The notes under the pieces are model-generated. The model had not been told where the DNA came from. It saw only the letters and a list, made by a program, of their open reading frames with translations, and did not search any database. Made by a program: the position numbers and the translations under genes. This document shows, piece by piece, positions 61,420 to 64,000 of a DNA stretch of 64,000 nucleotides. Source of the DNA: Mobula hypostoma (Eukaryota); NCBI RefSeq assembly GCF_963921235.1, contig NC_086097.1:133984001-134048000 (forward strand), given 5' to 3'. Each line of letters begins with the position of its first letter. Position 1 is the first letter of the stretch.

Positions 61420-64000
61420 AGTGTAGATAAACAGCTAATAGGGTCTCATCGAGCTCCTGGAACTGAACGATCTGTCAACACGCACAATGTAAATTCACAT
61501 GTTCTGGCGATCAGTCAGGTAGATTCCACAGTGTTTCCTGAGGACAAGGATTGAACCCAGGGATTATTAGAAGTGGCGGGACGAGAAACGTGCAGAAAAC
61601 CATTTTCTATTGGACGAGTTGGTCTTACAACGCACGCCAGCGATCCATTTTGCCTTTAAGATGTATTGTCTCTTTTCTGGCTGAAATCAATTGTGTATCA
61701 AAGTAGCTACCTAACAACGCATCAGGCTTTCCAATGACAATCTCGCTCCTACAATTCTAAATTAATTCTCGAACCGGGAACAGGCACCCACCAGAAGACC
61801 GCGCTGGAACTGACAAGAGTTCACACAGTGCAAACCATCCACCTTGTTCTATTAAAATATGTTTTCAAAAACCATACTCCATAAATCACATACCGAAAAG
61901 CAGCGCGAACAGTGCAGCGTTCAACTCAATACACACAGATGAAGTGCCTGGCATTATTTCCAAATTGCTGCAGGAAGCAGGGTTTTAGGTATTAGTAATG
62001 AGAACGTGATCCGGAAAGCAGAGCACCGGCCAGGGATTTTCATCTTTAATTTTATCCGCAGGAATAGGGAACACTCGACTCGTCGGGCTTATGGTGGTTT
62101 TCTAATACCTGTCCTTCCTTGCCTCAAGATATAACGTAATTCAAGTAATCTCAGCAACATATTCTCGACGAGGGTATTATTCCTGCTCACACCGCACCTG
62201 CTGGCTTTTATGGATCGTTTGGGGTAGATATTAAGCAGGGCCACTGACGTCTAAAGTACCTACCTATTTCCTCCCAACAACTTCCGCTCAAGCCGCCCCC
62301 TCAGAAAAATTCTACCCCTCATCTACACACTGGGGGCCAATTAACTCACCAATCCGCACATTTTTAGGGAGCAGAGGGACGTGGAAGGAAGCCAGACAGA
62401 GGCACAACATGCAAACTCCACACCGACAGCACCCAAAGCTAATATTGAACCCGAGTCTCAGGAGCTGTGACGAAGCTCCACCATCTGCTACGCCACTGGT
62501 CAGCCGGACCCTTAGCCTCGAAGATCCCTCTCTCATTGTCTTCCCTTCTTAAAGACACGGCATTAATTTCCCTTCTTTGAAAGAACCTCTTATATGTTTG
62601 GGAATTAAATGGAAAACGTGTCTAGGAAGCGCTGTGGGGTACGCTGTTATGCCAATCCAGTTGGCTGTTGAATGCAACGTTTTTACATAAATATTCTCAA
62701 CGTAAGTTTCCCATCTTTTCTTTTTTTACACAAGGCTACGGCGCAGGAATAGGTCCTCCGGCCACACTGTCTGTGGCGACGATGATTTCAATTTAAACTG
62801 CAGATCATCCCGCACATGGCCTATATCCTCTGATTCCTAAATGGTCCACTGCAACGCCTTAAGGAGAAGGCCTTTCAGTCAGGTAGGACGAGTGCAGGAC
62901 CTTCTCCTTAACCACGAAGAAAGGATTGCGATAATGCTAGCAATAACAAGCCCGTGTGTTTACTTGTCCCAAATAGAAACAGCGTGTATCAACACCAATT
63001 GGTAGCACCAGACCTGAAACATTAACTACTTCTCTCTCCTGAGATGCTGCCTGACACGCTGGGCTTCCAGCAGTTTGTGGGTTTTTTTCCATTTCAGATT
63101 TCGTGCATCTGCAGGCTTTGTTAAACATATTTTTAGTCAGTGCCCGTCATCCCTGGCCCAATCCTGATTGCAACCACGAAGCTGGCGATTGGCAAAAAGG
63201 ACGACAACACAAGAGATTATAGATGCCGGAACGTGGCGAAACAACCGAGATGCTGGAGAAACTCGGGGAGTCAGGCAGCATCTATGGAAAGAAATGGGCA
63301 ATCAACATTTTAGGTTCAGACCTTTCATTGGAACTGATGAAGGGTCCCAACCCGAAACGTTGACTGAGCTCCTCTAGCATATTTTGTGTTATTAGCAAAA
63401 ATAATGCTGGGTTTAGATTTAGGTATCCGTAGGAGATCAGTGCCTGAATACAGCATCAGCAGTGACCTGCCAGCTGTACGTTGTGTTCCCGCCATTACCC
63501 ACTCAAATGTTTAACTTTCAGCGTTGAGGTAAATAAAGCAGATTTAATGTGTAATCCCAATGCCATGTTAATTTGTTTGTAATGATAATGCACGGGCGGA
63601 ACTTTGTGGAGTCAACTTCTTAGGCATAAGACGAGGCATGGATAATTTCATATTAATAAATGGAATATATTAATTACATATACATGACTGTTTAATATAT
63701 ATACGCGCAATTTATACATTTGTGGAATTAATAAAACTTTCACAATTATATATAAATACATATCTGTGTACACACTCGCGCGCGCTCGCACATTTTTCCA
63801 TGCTCTCCATCAAACAAACAGTAAATGTGCATTATCCAATATTTTTGCTGTGGTCTTCAATCTATGTTTACAGTACAGAATAAAAGATGGACAGCACGTT
63901 CCCAGTACTGTAAGCATTTCAAGTGTGACGGTGTACAACAACTTGCTTCTACTTAGTTCCTTTAACAGCAGCCATCAAACAAAATTCACTGCCAAACTGA
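61420..64000. promoter_or_regulatory. CpG-retaining (probably germline-hypomethylated) domain
   Basis: Hand count of about 20 CpG in 61801-62300 versus about 1 in 59401-59900. CTCGCGCGCGCTCG at about 63775 and CCATAAATCA at 61879. Confidence 0.6.
63334..63366 (+). ncRNA. Hammerhead ribozyme core in a head-to-head Penelope-derived element (about 63205-63390)
   Basis: CUGAUGA-A-GGGU(CCCA)ACCC-GAAAC-GUU-GACUG. Both catalytic boxes are intact and stem II is a 4-bp Watson-Crick helix, but the 5' strand of stem I is replaced by the inverted copy. Confidence 0.6.

Overview
This is vertebrate non-coding DNA, AT-rich and globally CpG-depleted, and it reads as intergenic or intronic sequence. The repeat repertoire points to a cartilaginous fish, probably a ray; that taxon call is an inference. 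The repeats include CR1, Rex1/Babar-like, L2 and RTE LINE fragments, V-SINEs, Deu-domain SacSINE1-like SINEs and Penelope elements. I found no host protein-coding gene. Every ORF with a recognisable product is a decayed transposon fragment, and there is no prokaryotic system, CRISPR array, rRNA or genuine tRNA. The largest elements are a decayed Mag-clade Gypsy element with both LTRs (42583-47606) and a multiply interrupted, near full-length CR1 (about 52420-58480). Smaller DNA and LTR elements include two solo LTRs, a palindromic mariner derivative, a composite Tc1-like element in two copies, and a hAT MITE. Smaller retroposons include a tRNA plus Bov-A-like SINE, a structured 558-bp retroposon with a perfect TSD, and many Penelope termini carrying minimal hammerhead-ribozyme motifs. 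Transposon-free blocks between the repeats are dense in developmental TF motifs (candidate enhancers). The last ~2.6 kb lose CpG depletion, suggesting a developmental-gene domain just beyond the window. Family names come from recalled consensus features, not database searches, and most repeat boundaries are approximate unless a TSD is given.
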